Assembly (NCBI GenBank): GCA_051362555.1
Contig: CM120642.1
Coordinates: forward strand, 1,240,001 to 1,304,000
Origin: Lingula anatina
Taxonomy: Eukaryota; Animalia; Brachiopoda
DNA: 64,000 nucleotides
Direction of reading: 5' to 3'
Shown here in pieces: positions 24,996 through 38,710 of this stretch (position 1 is the first letter of the stretch; every line of letters begins with the position of its first letter). The notes beneath the pieces are model-generated. The model saw only the letters and a list, made by a program, of their open reading frames with translations. It searched no databases and had not been told where the DNA came from. The translations under genes and the position numbers were made by a program.

Positions 24996-27141
24996 TAAAC
25001 TCTTTATAAAGGAAGTTTCCTGAAAGTGGAGTGCTCGCGCTAATAACATTGAAATGCCCTTTTTTTGTTTTAAAAGATTTTCACTTTTGCACTTTCATCT
25101 GTATTTCAACTTTGAAACAGATACCATCCATCCATACCATATACAAACTGCAATGGTGGCTACACTAAACAAAATGTATTACAAATAGGTAAAATGTGCA
25201 TTACCAAAAGAGAACGATAAAAAAACACGTCTTCTTCTGATCTGCTCCCTAATTTAGGCTCAATACTACATTTTTGGTTTGATTAAAGCTCTGGCAAGTT
25301 GAATCCACCATTATATCTGATCTTTAGACCTTATCGTGTGCGTCTAAAACATGCGTTCGTGATCATAGGTCAAGGGAATTCAAATTACCTAATCACCACA
25401 CCACCTTTACAAGAATATGTGGCTTTAGATGAATCACATGAATACTTTGGTATTATATTTTATGAATTATTAAATTAAAAACACTTATTTTCTTCTTTGT
25501 CCTTAGATTTACATCTAAGAGCTAAAATCAATGGAGATGGAAACAAAAAAGAACATTTCAATCTAATTTCTCACCTCAGAAAGAACGCAGTTCAGAGTTT
25601 AACACCAGGTTCTTGACTGGGTTGAAGCTTTCTCTGTTCACTTCCTGTACCCACCTCTTTCCTTCTGTTTTTAGGGACAATACACAAAGACATGCGCCTT
25701 TTATCAACTCGTTAACTGCATGACAAAAACAGATGGCTATTTGGAGAAGTCAACACTAAAATATGAAACTCGTGGGTTTGATATTTTATCACGAATCAGA
25801 ACAGGGATAAAGCACCGGATGTATCCCAAACGATTTCTTCAATGGGGAAATCGTTGTAATATGTGAGGTGAAAAGTCGTGACTTAAATGAATAGATACAT
25901 GTAGACTACATGTAAGTGGAAAATCAACTGATTTGTAAAGAGCAATCGCAACAAAAGTATAACGACACCACACCACACGAACTGATGTCTGTCAAATATT
26001 TATTTCACACGTACCTTGATTTTTCAATTTCTCCCTTATATCGTGATTTTTCTAATTTTTAGTTTTTTTGGTAGGTGAAGACAGGGAGGAAATGCTAATT
26101 AAGCGATTCATTAAAGTTGTCCTTTGCGAGCACTCACAAGGAAAAACCGTTAAATGGTTTATCTTGGCCCTGTTTTCAGACAAAGCACGCCACCATTAAT
26201 CCCCTTATATGGTCGTTGTGGTTCTCCTCTGTCGATAAATAACTGTTCACACGACTACGGTGCCTGATTTTATTGTTATTGCTTCAATTTCTTTTTGCAC
26301 TAAAGGTCAGTTTAAAAACACGTGTTAGGTCTATAAAAAGGTGTTTATTAAAACTTGCACCTGCATTTATCAGAATTATGAATTCAGCTGGTTAAATAGA
26401 AAACATTGCCTTGGGATCCAGGGATTCAGAGACAAAATGCAGATTTAAAATCATTTAATGAACAGTACAAAAGCTAAGAAATATGTTCATTACCTTTTTA
26501 CTTATTCCTCTGGTTGTTTAAAATGAACGAACTTTTGAGAAACCTCCAGACAGAAGGAAAGATGGACAGCCTGAAGGGCATACTGTAGACTAGCATCTTC
26601 CGTTTTTAATTCTTTTTTATCATGATAAGAACCCTGGTCAGTTACCCTTGATACTAGATACAGACACCGACTATACATATAGCTACTTGTAATGCAAAAT
26701 GACAGTATTTTAATCATTTTCATGTTGGGTATTTAATTATAAGATTTCAATTAACATTGGTGGCGGTCAGTAGAACAATTAGAGAGACAGGGTCATTCAA
26801 ATGTTAATATGTCGGAGGTGGACAGTCCACAAATTAAGTGTCATAAATATATTTTCCCTTTGTGAGAATGTGGTACATTAGCGTCGTAGAGAGTTAATGT
26901 ATCTGTCTGGGCGCCAATTCGTATGCCTCTTTTGAAAATGTTTGTGAACAGGTCAAAGTTGAACTTGAAAAATATATGTAACATGATTTCTCATAACAAC
27001 CAAAGAAGTGCTCACCTTTTGCGATATTGAACAGACCCTTTTAAAATTTTTGATACTTATTTTACAAAAACTTAAGACTATTTATCTAGTGTAGATCCAT
27101 CGTGGCATTGATAAAAGAGTGTTCTATATTATATTGTTAGG

Positions 27142-27192
27142 ATTAATTAATTAATTAATTAATTAATTAATTAATTAATTAATTAATTAATT
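27142..27192. repeat. (TTAA)n microsatellite
   Basis: Direct reading; self-complementary tract between the two lectin-like genes. Confidence 0.9.
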
Positions 27193-28064
27193 ATACCAAA
27201 TAAGAAAGCAATATAATATCAGTCTCCTAATCTAGTGATCAGCCTTTCCATAAAGTCAGTGGAAACACAAAAAAAGACCCCTTTTTTCCAAAATATTGGC
27301 TTTAAGTCAAATTCGACAAAGGGATATGAATGAACACATTTCTCATAATATGACTGTCGTTGAGAGAAAGGAAGCGCCTCTGCAGGCGCGAAAAGTTGGC
27401 CAATTGCAAGATATGTCTTTGGTTTAGGAAAGTCTTCATCATAGAGTACAGGAGCGACATTGTTCAAAGTTGGGGTTACTCCGTGTCCTTCAGACTAAAA
27501 TAGAGCGTCCTTTTATAAGACCGGACCTCATTATTTGCATATTAAAAGTTGTTTTCTTCATTTTAGCCTGTTATTTAGACTCAAGGTTTTCAGTTTGGTT
27601 ATCATACGACGCGGACCATTTAGGTGTGACAACATCTTTGTTAAGGTATTTTCTTTTGGATTTCTCCGAATTTTCAGTGAAATTATTTTATTTTGTTAAA
27701 ATGATATGATAATACAGTTTATAGTCTTACATTTTCCTATTTAGCTTGTAGATAACTTGTGTTTAGAGTCAAATTATTGAATTTTTACGCCTGCCCAAAA
27801 ATTGTTTTTTCGCGCCAATTGCTTGGAAATTGCGTGTTGTTGACAAGAACTTTGATAATATAAAAGACATAGAGATATTTCTTTCAGTGTATTATCAAGC
27901 CAAATCATGTCGTATGCTGCTTCTTTAAATACCAGATACATTTTTTTCGATTGTCTATACTGTTATAAATTTATCAATAAAAATCTCGAATAACTCGTCT
28001 TTTAAATGCTTACAATTTTTCGTCGTAATTATAGGATATCTGTTATCAATAATACAGCAGGATA

Positions 28065-28125
28065 ATGAGTGTGTTATTGAAGACAGTCTTCTTGATCTCG
28101 ACCTTGCTGGTCAGCTGTACTCAAG
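28065..28125 (+). CDS. Lectin-like gene 2 exon 1 (signal peptide)
   Basis: CAG|GATAATG, hydrophobic 20-mer, donor AG|GTTAGT. A probable non-coding upstream exon ends near 27645, with a TATA-like motif near 27514. Confidence 0.75.
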
Positions 28126-30129
28126 GTTAGTACCCGGTTGTGGATAATAAGAAAAATTATTATGTTATTGTGCTATATATTATTAAGCTTTTGATTTTAG
28201 ACATTTCACTAGCGCGAAAAAGAAGTGCATTTGACCGTCATCAGGCGTCCTTTTTTATTGTCGCACGTTTGCAAATCTGAACACTGTTTGTTTTGCGAAT
28301 AAGTGATATTTGGTTTATGAAAGAAATAACCGGTAAACCTCTTTAGATATTTTAACAAAATATATTGAAGGATGGAATTCATTCCATATTACAATAGGCC
28401 TATAAGCATAAACTTAAACTTAAACTTCGAAAAATCTTGCATATATTCTTTCTTTGTCTTTTACTCATTTTTGCTGCAAGCATTCTATGCTCTCCACAAT
28501 TGCCCAGGGCCTAAGTATCAACACTGACGGGGCGTTCAGAAATGTATATTTCTTGGCATACTTTACTTTTCCAGCACAAACGTGTCAAGGCACGTGTACA
28601 GGCACTGCTGCCATTGGCGCTTTTTACCCGATAGATGGCGACTACGACGCTGCGGCGTGCGGCTGTTTCATGTTGGCGACGCATACAGAGCCAATCTTCC
28701 AGAGCAATGCAGACGCTCTATGTCGAAGTACATATGGGGACGCTGGGTCGGTTTTGTACCGGTTCACAGCTACTGCTGTCGGTAACACCCCTACAGATGA
28801 CCAGAACTTAAGAACCGAGTGCTATCGGGGCATTAATGCCAAGTTAGAGCCAGGTATGTGAACTAATAAACATGAATTGATATGAACGTGTATGAAAGTT
28901 CATCACTATCCTTAAATAGAAACGAGGGAATTATTTTCAGCGTTTGCTTTGTGGTTCATCGATCCGTTTTGTTGTTTTTGATACGAGAACGTGATTTGAC
29001 AATGATTGCTCGTATGCTCCGCTCCCTTTTTTGAGGAACTTTGTCAGAAGAGTTGAAATATAATTCGAGCTTCAAACCTCGCTGATAGTTTTTTTTTTTT
29101 TTTTTTTCAGAATGATACTTTCTTTTAATTAAAAATTTTTGTCGTCCATATTATTTATTACATTTTCATTTATATGTTATAGCGCCGGGACCAGGATGTG
29201 TGACCACGACAGAAACTCCGCCTACAACCACTCCCACCACGACTCCAACTCCACCCACAACCCCGCCCACAACCCCGCCTACAACCTCTGCCGCTCCGCT
29301 CACAACCTCTGCCGTTCCGCCTATGACCACTGTAAACACGCTCAGCACCACATGCGGCCTACCACGTCAGTTTGGCTTCCTGTGTAACATCAAACCCGTC
29401 CCAGGATGGCCGCCTGCCAATCAGGTAACCCCGCCCCCTGTCAACGGACCCATTCCGCCACTGCCACCTGGCGGCCCCCCAATTTTTGCCCCTCGCGGGA
29501 ACTGGTGGCGCCTCTTTTTGAACAGCCTTCCCAGTGCTCCCTTTAACTACCAAACACCAAGCCCAACGACTGCCGCCCCCATCTTCGTTATGCCGCCGGG
29601 AAATATGCCTGGACGAAGGAAACGTAACGCCCAAGTGCCGAGGCCGTGCCCAGGGGAATTGTACTGGATAGACGCTAAACTGCAGACTATTCTCTTGCAA
29701 GATCCACCCGTCGCTGTCCTGCAAGCCGAAAATGGCGGTGAGTTTTCAGTCACTTTAGTCTGATGACTAGATATTTGCTGATCTGTATTAAAAGTAAGAT
29801 ATATATTTTGCGAATCTGTATGAAAAGTAATTTTTCATTTTAGATAAAATATTTAATTCTGTTGAAAACATAGAAAGTTTCGATTACATGCTGTAAAGAT
29901 AGAAAAATGCACAAGCAGTTGTATTTTTTGTATTTCAGAAGTGTTCCGAGTTGCTCAGAATTTATGGGCCAACACGCCAAGTTTGTTCCCGAATATTCTC
30001 CGCTGTGTGGCACTGCAGTTTGACATCCAGCCACTGTCCATTTTGCACATGCGCGTGCGATTCCTGGACTGTGCAACGCGATTGCCCAATTTCATATGTA
30101 AAACTGGAGGGGCGTGCCTTACGCCATAG
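28065..30129 (+). CDS. Secreted split C-type-lectin-like protein 2 with internal Pro/Thr insert and furin site (361 aa, 4 coding exons)
   Basis: Exons 28065-28125, 28575-28853, 29183-29737, 29939-30129; all GT-AG phase 1; 1086 nt open. Signal peptide MSVLLKTVFLISTLLVSCTQA; CGCFM..NADALC; insert; RRKR; LYWID; RCVALQ..LDC..NFIC. Confidence 0.85.
28575..28853 (+). CDS. Lectin-like gene 2 exon 2 (CTLD N-half)
   Basis: Acceptor TTTTCCAG|, donor AG|GTATGT. Confidence 0.85.
29183..29737 (+). CDS. Lectin-like gene 2 exon 3 (PT-rich insert, RRKR, LYWID)
   Basis: 555 nt open; donor CG|GTGAGT. Confidence 0.85.
29939..30129 (+). CDS. Lectin-like gene 2 exon 4 (CTLD C-half)
   Basis: Acceptor TTTCAG|; RCVALQ..DC..FICK; stop TAG. 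Confidence 0.85.
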
Positions 30130-31168
30130 TAACCTCTGCCGGTCCAATGAAGGGATTATTTCTTCAACGGAATGGGTTGATTAGTGGACAATATAAATTT
30201 TTTTCACAAATTTGATGACATTATCAGGACAGTCAGATTTAAAGAGGGAGAAAAGTGATTACAATTATTACTGAATCTGGTCTCCTTATATGTTTTAAAG
30301 ATTGTTATTGCCCTTTTTCCATGCTGAAGGTCCGCGTTCTTGGAGTGCTTTCTAGTTCTATGTCAACTAATTTCTTGGCTTTTAAAACGCCGAAATATAA
30401 ATATCACGTTGAAGATACACAGTCGCAATCTAGATCTACGCAACTTGACACTATTCGTTAAACAGGCAATTATTATCATAAATACTTCATAACATAGCAA
30501 TTATTGTTTGTCTTCATTATCAGTTTTTCTCCTATAAAATGATATCTTTGAATGGATAAAGATTCTGTATGTTCATGGACTGATAGATCATATTGGTCTA
30601 AAATATGTTGTATATATAGTAAGTGCATGTAATAGATTATTTAATCAGAATGCTGGAAATGATTATGAAAACATATTATATGCAATCATTTATTAACAAT
30701 GGAGTGTTTATTATTCCATCAGCTTGCAGAGCACACGACATGCTTGCTTCGTTACTACGTAGACCCCATAAGCTTTATTTATTTATTTATTAAATGCCCC
30801 CAGGAAGCACGCCGTCTACAAACTACTACTAAGGGGAGAGGAGGGAGGGGGCAACCATGACTGTGTTAGAGGAGACCACGATTGTGTTGGAGGAGCATCC
30901 ACGTGATGACGGGGGGACGGAGATAAAAATACATGATGGTAGACTCTGGTGCAAGTTTTCTGGAATAGAGTGTTTGATTTCAACAACATGTAGGCTTCAA
31001 TCATATATATAATATTATATTGACCGTGATCTATGTTAACTAGTGGGCGTCAGTCAAAAACGTTTTGACCGTGATATTCGTGAATAGTTTGGTCTACAAC
31101 TTCTCACCTGAATGCGCCATACATGTTTTTATTTGCATAACAATAGGTCACTCAGGGCATTGCGAGCT

Positions 31169-31616
31169 GTCTTTCAGAGTAGTCAGTTGACAGTTGGACA
31201 CCGCTGGGTGAAGACGCAAAGATAGGTGTGGTGCAGTCGAAAGGTCGAGCGTTTATTTTGTGCACAGAAAAAATTTATTATTTTGTAAGTACCAGGACAT
31301 CTTCATTCACCTTCATCATTACATTTTACCGGTAAATGTCAAAGGAATGAAAGAACAGTTACGCCAAATGTGTTTAGCACAAAGCACGTGTCTTCATTAG
31401 GCTTATATTATGCCCATTGCTGTCAGTCAGATTATTGAAATCGTTTGGCTTTGAATATTTGTCACAGTGCTTTGGGATTGAAAACGCGCAGGAAAAGTTG
31501 CTATAACTTTGTTTGTCTTTCAGAAGAGTCACGCGACAGTTAGACACCTTACGTGAAAAGGCCGGGATAGGTTTGGCGCAGAATTCATTAGGCGTAGAAC
31601 CAAATGCTTAGTAAGT
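31169..31616 (+). repeat. Diverged tandem duplication of an exon-like cassette
   Basis: GTCTTTCAG|A..AGTCA..GACAGTT(G/A)GACACC..GATAGGT(G/T)TGG(T/C)GCAG at ~31169 and ~31515; each is followed by GTAAGT (31285, 31611). Confidence 0.6.
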
Positions 31617-33049
31617 ATCGCTACTTCTTTATTAAACGTACTAAATGTGCAGAGAGAGAAAATTATGACATTAGTGAATGGCATTCACCTTTATTTTTTA
31701 GCTGGTTGTTGTCAGTCTGAAAATTAAGTGTTTATGATAAATGTTTCGATGCTTCTTATTTGAAAACTGTGCGAATGCAAGAGCACAGTAATGTAGATGC
31801 TTGCTTGCTGTGTCCTAGGATTAAATCTTTCTTGGATCCTAGCTGAGTCTGAACTTTAAACGAGACAATCAACCCCACGTGTGGTTAATTACAAGTACGC
31901 TTTCCTCTGTGATACATCAATTAAGAGCCCTTCCGTTTGGTCAAGACATGTAATTCATTGCCGTTATTTTCTCATTTCAGAATCCCACCGAGACACTGCA
32001 CATCAAGCACCAGCCGTTTGTTAGCACTGAGAAACCCTGCGCCCGTTTATGCATTTATTATATTTAACCAAATAAATACATTTATTATATTAGAACTGAA
32101 TAAATACATTTTTCTGTGGTTTTTTTCATTTTGATATGATGATGATGAAGATTGTAGTAAATCCAAAGGAGAAAAGGAAGACGATATGCATGTGATAATT
32201 GTTTGAGCACTTTAAAATTCAATCTGCTTGGTATGATCTGTAAATATTGCTTTTGGAATTGGTTTTTATATACAGATGTAGCTTGTCTGTATATATTGTC
32301 AACTGCGTCTGTCATTGTCCTCGCTGTCGTGCGCTTTTCATAAATGTTTACTTGTTATACTTGATACATAGCACTTAAAAGTCCGGTCAAGCAGTTACCT
32401 CTTTTGCTAAAACTTACCCTTTTCATTACAGTTTGAAATCCTTGCTTGGATAATAAATGGAACACAGTCCTTAATGCAGACTAAGCATTCATTTTTCTCT
32501 AACTTCTGATAATGATTCTGAAATGAAATGCAGCCCTGTTTCGAATAACTGCCTTTTTCCTGTCTTTAATAAATTTCTTTTTAGCATCGTCCTCTCGGGT
32601 ATTCTTTTCCCTGATTTTTTTAAAATTTAGCTAAGAACAATTTTGGGCGGGTTTGGGTTTTTGCTACCACAAATTGATTTTAATTTGACGACTAAGTTTT
32701 GTTACTACACCTAAAAATAATAAAAAGATAGTTGAAAATGTGAAAAACATTTCAGCAACATTAAATGACACTTAGCAAATGACAACAGTTGAAATTTGCT
32801 TAAAATCGTTCTTTATATTATACTTGTAGGTTTATATGCCAAGCTTTACTGCTTAAATATACGTTCTTTTGTTTGCATGCATTTCTTTTTTTTTGTTCAC
32901 GGTGACTTACCCCGGCAAATATTATTCACTATGCAATGTACATTTGAAAAAAATATTTGAAAATAAACGTGTAAATAAACTGCTTCGTTTTTGATAAATT
33001 TTATATGCCCACTGCTACAAAATGGTTGTGGTCATCCCTCATATTGAGT

Positions 33050-33420
33050 GATCTCGCCCCACCTTTCACCCCTAAGAAGAATGGACCCAACCTACCTGCC
33101 ATCCCTCAGATGGAATGAACTTGTCCCACCTATAACCCCTCGAATGGAATGGGTCGCTCCAACCTATCACCCCTCGAAAAGAATGGAGTCTTCCCACCTG
33201 TCACCCCTCAAATAGAATGGGCTCTCCCCACTTGTCACCCCTAAGAAAAATGGACTTGCCCCACCTGTCAGCCCTTGAATAAATTGGACTCGCCCCACCT
33301 GCCACCCCTCAAATAGAATGGACTCGCCCCACCTGTCACCCCTCGAATAGAATGGACTTGCCCCACCTGTCACCCCTTAAATAGAATGCACTCGCCCGAC
33401 CTATCACCTCTTGAATCGAA
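33050..33420. repeat. 34-bp minisatellite, ~11 degenerate copies
   Basis: Consensus CCCCACCTGTCACCCCTCGAATAGAATGGACTCG; e.g. starts at 33327 and 33361. Confidence 0.92.
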
Positions 33421-36400
33421 TGTCATTCCCCAAATTAATACACTCACCCAAGGCTTGGCTGTCATTCCAAACAATGCAATAGCATTTATATTACTAGACA
33501 AAAACGAACAGTATAAAGGTTTTAATGCATTTTTATTTTACGACAACTTCAGTCAGAGGAAAATAAACAGTGAACAAAATAAATAGAAAGAATGCTTGAA
33601 AATTTCATAAATGTGAGCCGTTTAAACCTAGAGCATTGCATGAAAAAGATATTAATGAACCAACGTAGACCGTGAAATAGATTCTAACATTTAACAAGGA
33701 ACAAATACATTGATATTGATATTGAAACCGAAAAGCAGTCACTCAAGATTTGATGCAGTCGAATAATTAAAGAAAGAGAAAAAAATAAGAAATTCTTCCG
33801 GAAGGCTTAAAACAGAATTTTTCATTTGATTTGAAAATAACGGAATTTGAGTAATGGAACGTCGTTTTTTAGAAACCATCCTAAAATTGACATCGAACTA
33901 GATAAAAGTATATAGTATTTATGAATATAGTATTTATATTGCGCTGTACAGAATAGAATAAAGGGGATGATAACTTTCTTAAATATGAATGGAAAGAATG
34001 AACAGGTTAGTTCCACAATTTAAGTTTTGTGTCGTAATGCATTACATTTTAGCAATCGTGATTTCAATAGAATTTTTGTGCTAATGGCAACTTTTACAAT
34101 TTACAAATTTCGAAATTTCTAAGGAGCATAAATTCAGCGAGAGTATATTTCAGGTTCTGAAATACAGTTCATTTCAATTTGTCTCTTATGTCAGCATCTT
34201 TCAGATGAAATAAAGAAACTCCCAAAAAAAGTGCATTTATTCAGGCAATAGTATTTGTCGTTCAACGGGTCACGTTATAATATTGCCAAATGATGAAATA
34301 ACAACATTGATTTGCACAACGTAAATCATAAAGCAAACAACACAATAGCTGATCTATTGAATAAACAGTCTTACTCTATTGTCAAATGATATGGTGAAAA
34401 TTGCACTTTCATGTTCAAGTTTGAAAGTGTGATATGCAAACACTTAAAAAAACTACATTATGACATTTTTAACACTATTAGTTTCAAATAGAATTGGTAA
34501 CATCCGAGCTTTCTCCAAGGTGTAATTTGGAAAAGGCACTATTAATCAAAGGAGTCATTTGAAAACAAAATGGACTGGGTATTATTTAAAAAGAGAATGA
34601 GATCAATCTTGGTATTTTTCACTATGTAACAAAATTTATTTAAAAAAAACAATAAGTTTATGCTCGAGTTTCACCATATAGCGTGTGCGCACGTGTGGGT
34701 GTATCTGTATTCGCTTCCAAAATACGGGAACAGGCCTGACAAGCTTCCATCAGACGCACAGGCATTTTCCAGAATCTCGTCAAAGGAGAAGGCAGTTCTG
34801 AAACATGAAAATAAGGTTAAAGATCAGTATCCAAATGCAACAGAAAGTGAACTAAAATTAAAAGTACTAAAAAATATAAAGATCTGAGATGGTGTTGAAA
34901 ACATTGTACAACGCTGAGCGAACACCAAAAGGAAAAATCGAACAAAAAGGAAAATACACCGCAGAGGGGTGGGGGAGAGGAGGATCGTCACTTTGAATCT
35001 GCTTTTTCAAAATTTCCCTATAAAATCTGCCACCCTGGTAGTGGGTAGACAATAGCATGGCCATACAAACAGCCATTCTCTCATTCTTCTCAGTGACGAT
35101 TATATTTTGTCTAATATTGGCCTGATTCTAACGTGCCCCTTTATTTTTGTTTTATGCTATAGTATGCTCCACAATGGAAAGAAATTAACAGTAATTAAAG
35201 AGTGATATGGAACAAATAGAACACATACAATGTAATGACGCGACTCTAGGGCACTTTTTCCTGGGATGCTTCTTCTTTATAAAGCACATAATGAGTTATG
35301 CACCTTAGGCCCGACTCTTTTCACTTCTATACGTTTTTGAAAAAATGTAACACACGCTTGGCCTTGTGACTTCACCACACCCGTCCTGCGTCCTCTTCTT
35401 ACAGGGTCCAGCTGTCAACTGACTACTCTGGAAGACAGCTCGCACTGCGCTAAGCGACTTATTGTTATGCAAATGACAACAGGTATGAGGTAGAAGATTC
35501 CGTTAAATTTTTATTCTAACAAGAAAGGTGGTATATGATCTTATATATTGATCGATAAGATTCAACATTTCTGTGCACAAGCTCTTGACTGCAGCAGATC
35601 ATTTTATCAATCGTACACGTGTCCTAAAGCCCCTCCTCACAGTATACACCAAGACCTAATACTGTGCCCACTTCACACTACTGGAAGGTCATTGGTTAAG
35701 ACTGATGTAGTTCGTTCACCTGTTTGTTGTCATGTTAATGCAGTGGTATATTCTGAGTGCGGGGATAGACAGTAACTGTCACTACTAAAACATTTACACA
35801 GAGAACAGACATATCACAATATTTAATTAACAAAAATATTAATTAATCGCATTTAGGCTTCACTGAATAAAAGTGCGGCATGTTGTTCACCGATAGAAAA
35901 GAAACAAACAAAACATTAATAAACTGCGATTATTAAACTGACTAAAACTGTTAAAAATGCTAAGTTAGGCATTGGAAATAGGAAAAGGTGTCTAAAATAA
36001 AATCACGAGTCCGGGACTTATGAAGGGGTTCAAGTTGAACATGTTTGGGCTAAAACCATGGGCAAATTATTCACGCTGTCACATTTAGTACATGTCAAAG
36101 AAAAAAAGAGCCAATATCTTATTTTTGCTAGTACTGGTCATTGTATATCGGTAAACAAAATAACAAAGACATGTTCTTTTTTATTTTTAAATATTTTTAT
36201 TTATAATCACAGTTTAGCCTGCATTTTAGCATAAAACAAATAACCTTTCACGGTAGATTTCTGAATGGCCCAAGCGTTTATATAAATGACTGTCAAACCA
36301 TTACGTGTACTTAGCATTAAACAGAGCACTTTTCAAGCAGTGCCTCAGTGCTTGTAATACAAGTAAGAAAGCAACCAAAGCAAGACATTGGGACGCGGTG

Positions 36401-37868
36401 CCTACTTCTCTTATATCTCAAAAGAAAGCAGAAGCTATTTCCACATTAATACATCTGTTCATATCTCATCAAATGTTATGAGATACGTAATTACAGCTTA
36501 AACTTCATGAACACTCGTTTCAACTCGTTGTAAACATCTCTCTTATGTTATCTTCATTAATATCTAAGATCAATATCAAGATCCTTATTACTGCTCAGTT
36601 CAAAACCTATAAGATAAAAGTCTGCAGTAAAATACAAAAGCTTCTTGCTAATAACATGTCTTTTTGTGGGTTGAGTATATCAACTTTAATTTAAAATCTA
36701 CACATAATTCTCAACCTATATACATGTATCTCATGAAAACCACCAACCATTTCTGACATTTGGCACGATAAATTTGATTCCATCTCTTCTCTATTCTATT
36801 ATACTAGTTACAGTTGGAATAAAACACATGTATTACCAATATTTACATCTCACAAAAGCTTTGTTGTACATGACAATATCATACATCTTTTTATCTTCTA
36901 TGTACATTAAAAACCAGCAGACTAAGAAACATTTCACGAAAGTATCAAACTAAACAAAGCCAAAGCAACTACAGAGACTTAGCATGGAAACTAATTTTTA
37001 GTTGATCCCCTTGTACTATTCTTAGTTTCAGAACTGCGCTTCATTTTATTCCGTTTTTCATTCATTGGCTATTACTATGCCAGAGTAATTGGCTAAATAC
37101 ATCTATTCAAAACAGCAACAACAAACTGACTATCAAGTCGGAGATACCAACGATGTTATACAAGTACCATTCATCTACATATTGACAATAAGACAGCCTC
37201 ATCAAAAGTTAGCAGAGGAAGAAATGAAAAATAAGTTACAAAACTTTCTAAAATCAGTATCCCCATGAACAAAATTGTGGTGTAGTAAAAGAGTTCTATC
37301 ATTAACACATTCCCATTATTCCAGCTTCTACAAGAGGGAACATTCTACTAAGCTATGACATAAAAGCCAGATTCAGCAGTTTAGCCACTTTTACATTACA
37401 TCACAAGGTGACATATAAATATTCAACTAACACAGAGGCAAGTATACAAAGTGCTTTAACAGTTTTATACTTCATCTTCCAGGATGTTCTAGGGTTCGAG
37501 TACATTTGCCAAAATAGTATATTGAGGTTTCAATTCTACTTAATTTTTTTAAATAAATGGAAAACAAATAATGTAAAACTAAATCAAATCTGTTAATTTA
37601 ATGTTGTTTTCATGAATTAACACCAATCCTTCAGCTCTGTACTCTGAAATGGGGTTGTAATATAACTTCTAGCTCTTATTCTTATAACCTTTACAAATGA
37701 GATCATTTATGACTAGATATTATTTTATTTGGATTATCCTGCTGCTTTGCACCATCTATATACCTTTCATATATATATAACTTAACAACAACATCAGTTT
37801 TAACAAGAGAAGCACTTTTGAACTTGAAATATGTACATTTTTACATGTTATATGATCCTATATCCAAA

Positions 37869-38710
37869 CTATGAAAATCGAATATTGTTTGGATCATCTG
37901 CCATCTCTGGGAAATCATTGACGTCTCTGATGTAGTTCCCAGAATATCCAGAGGCTTTCCCTCTCTGTTCAATCTGCTCTTTTTCTTCTGGAGACCAGTT
38001 TCTTGAACCAGATTGGTTGCTTAGCAACAAGTGCCTCTCTTTGGCCCAAGCCTGTGTAATGGCTTTTGATTTGGCCTGCTCTAAGAGAACAGAGTACTGT
38101 TTCTCTACAGTTGTTCCATACAAGATATATACCATAACATAATCATTCTCAAGCTTAGTAATAGCCATCCTGTTGGTCTTTTCCTGTGTCCATTCCACAG
38201 AGAAATTAACTCCATTGGACAGTGTTTTGAATTCTGCCCCAATCCCTGCTGCTTGGAGATCTGCAGCGGCCATTGCTGTTTCCTGTTTTACAAAATAATG
38301 AACATCTTTTCCTTCTTGAGTTAAAGCCAGTGGCACCACTAAGGAATTGTTTAATAATAGAGACATCACATTGCTGCTGGGTTGGAGTTGTTCTGAAAGA
38401 GTCACGACAGCTTTACCTTCACGAACAGACAACAACAACCCATCGCCAAAAACTCCACTAGCTGGCGCCACCTTCTGGAGCTCCGCCCTCTCTGGAGGCA
38501 TCATGTCGGAGGGGGTAACAGTTGACATGGTAAGGAAGTTTGCGGAGTCTCGTTCAAAGGCACACTGGAAGACAGATGTAACAGGAAGAAGTCTCCGTGA
38601 AGCGGTATAGCGATGCCAGTCGGTGCCCTTGTGAATTTGCCCATCAAAGGTGATTGAGGGAATCAAGCTCTTCATGTCATATCCAAGAACATTCATCCAA
38701 GAAAGAATAT
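37869..38710 (-). CDS. TENM: Teneurin last exon: ABD / Tox-GHH (TCAP) region
   Basis: [37 protein letters not shown]. Confidence 0.95.

Noticed and set aside
33167-33373. 68-aa repetitive ORF
   Set aside because: Translation of the 34-bp minisatellite; the unit length is not a multiple of 3.
34660-34990. Lys-rich ORF fragment
   Set aside because: No recognisable domain or consistent splice sites; possibly a decayed transposon, but unsupported.
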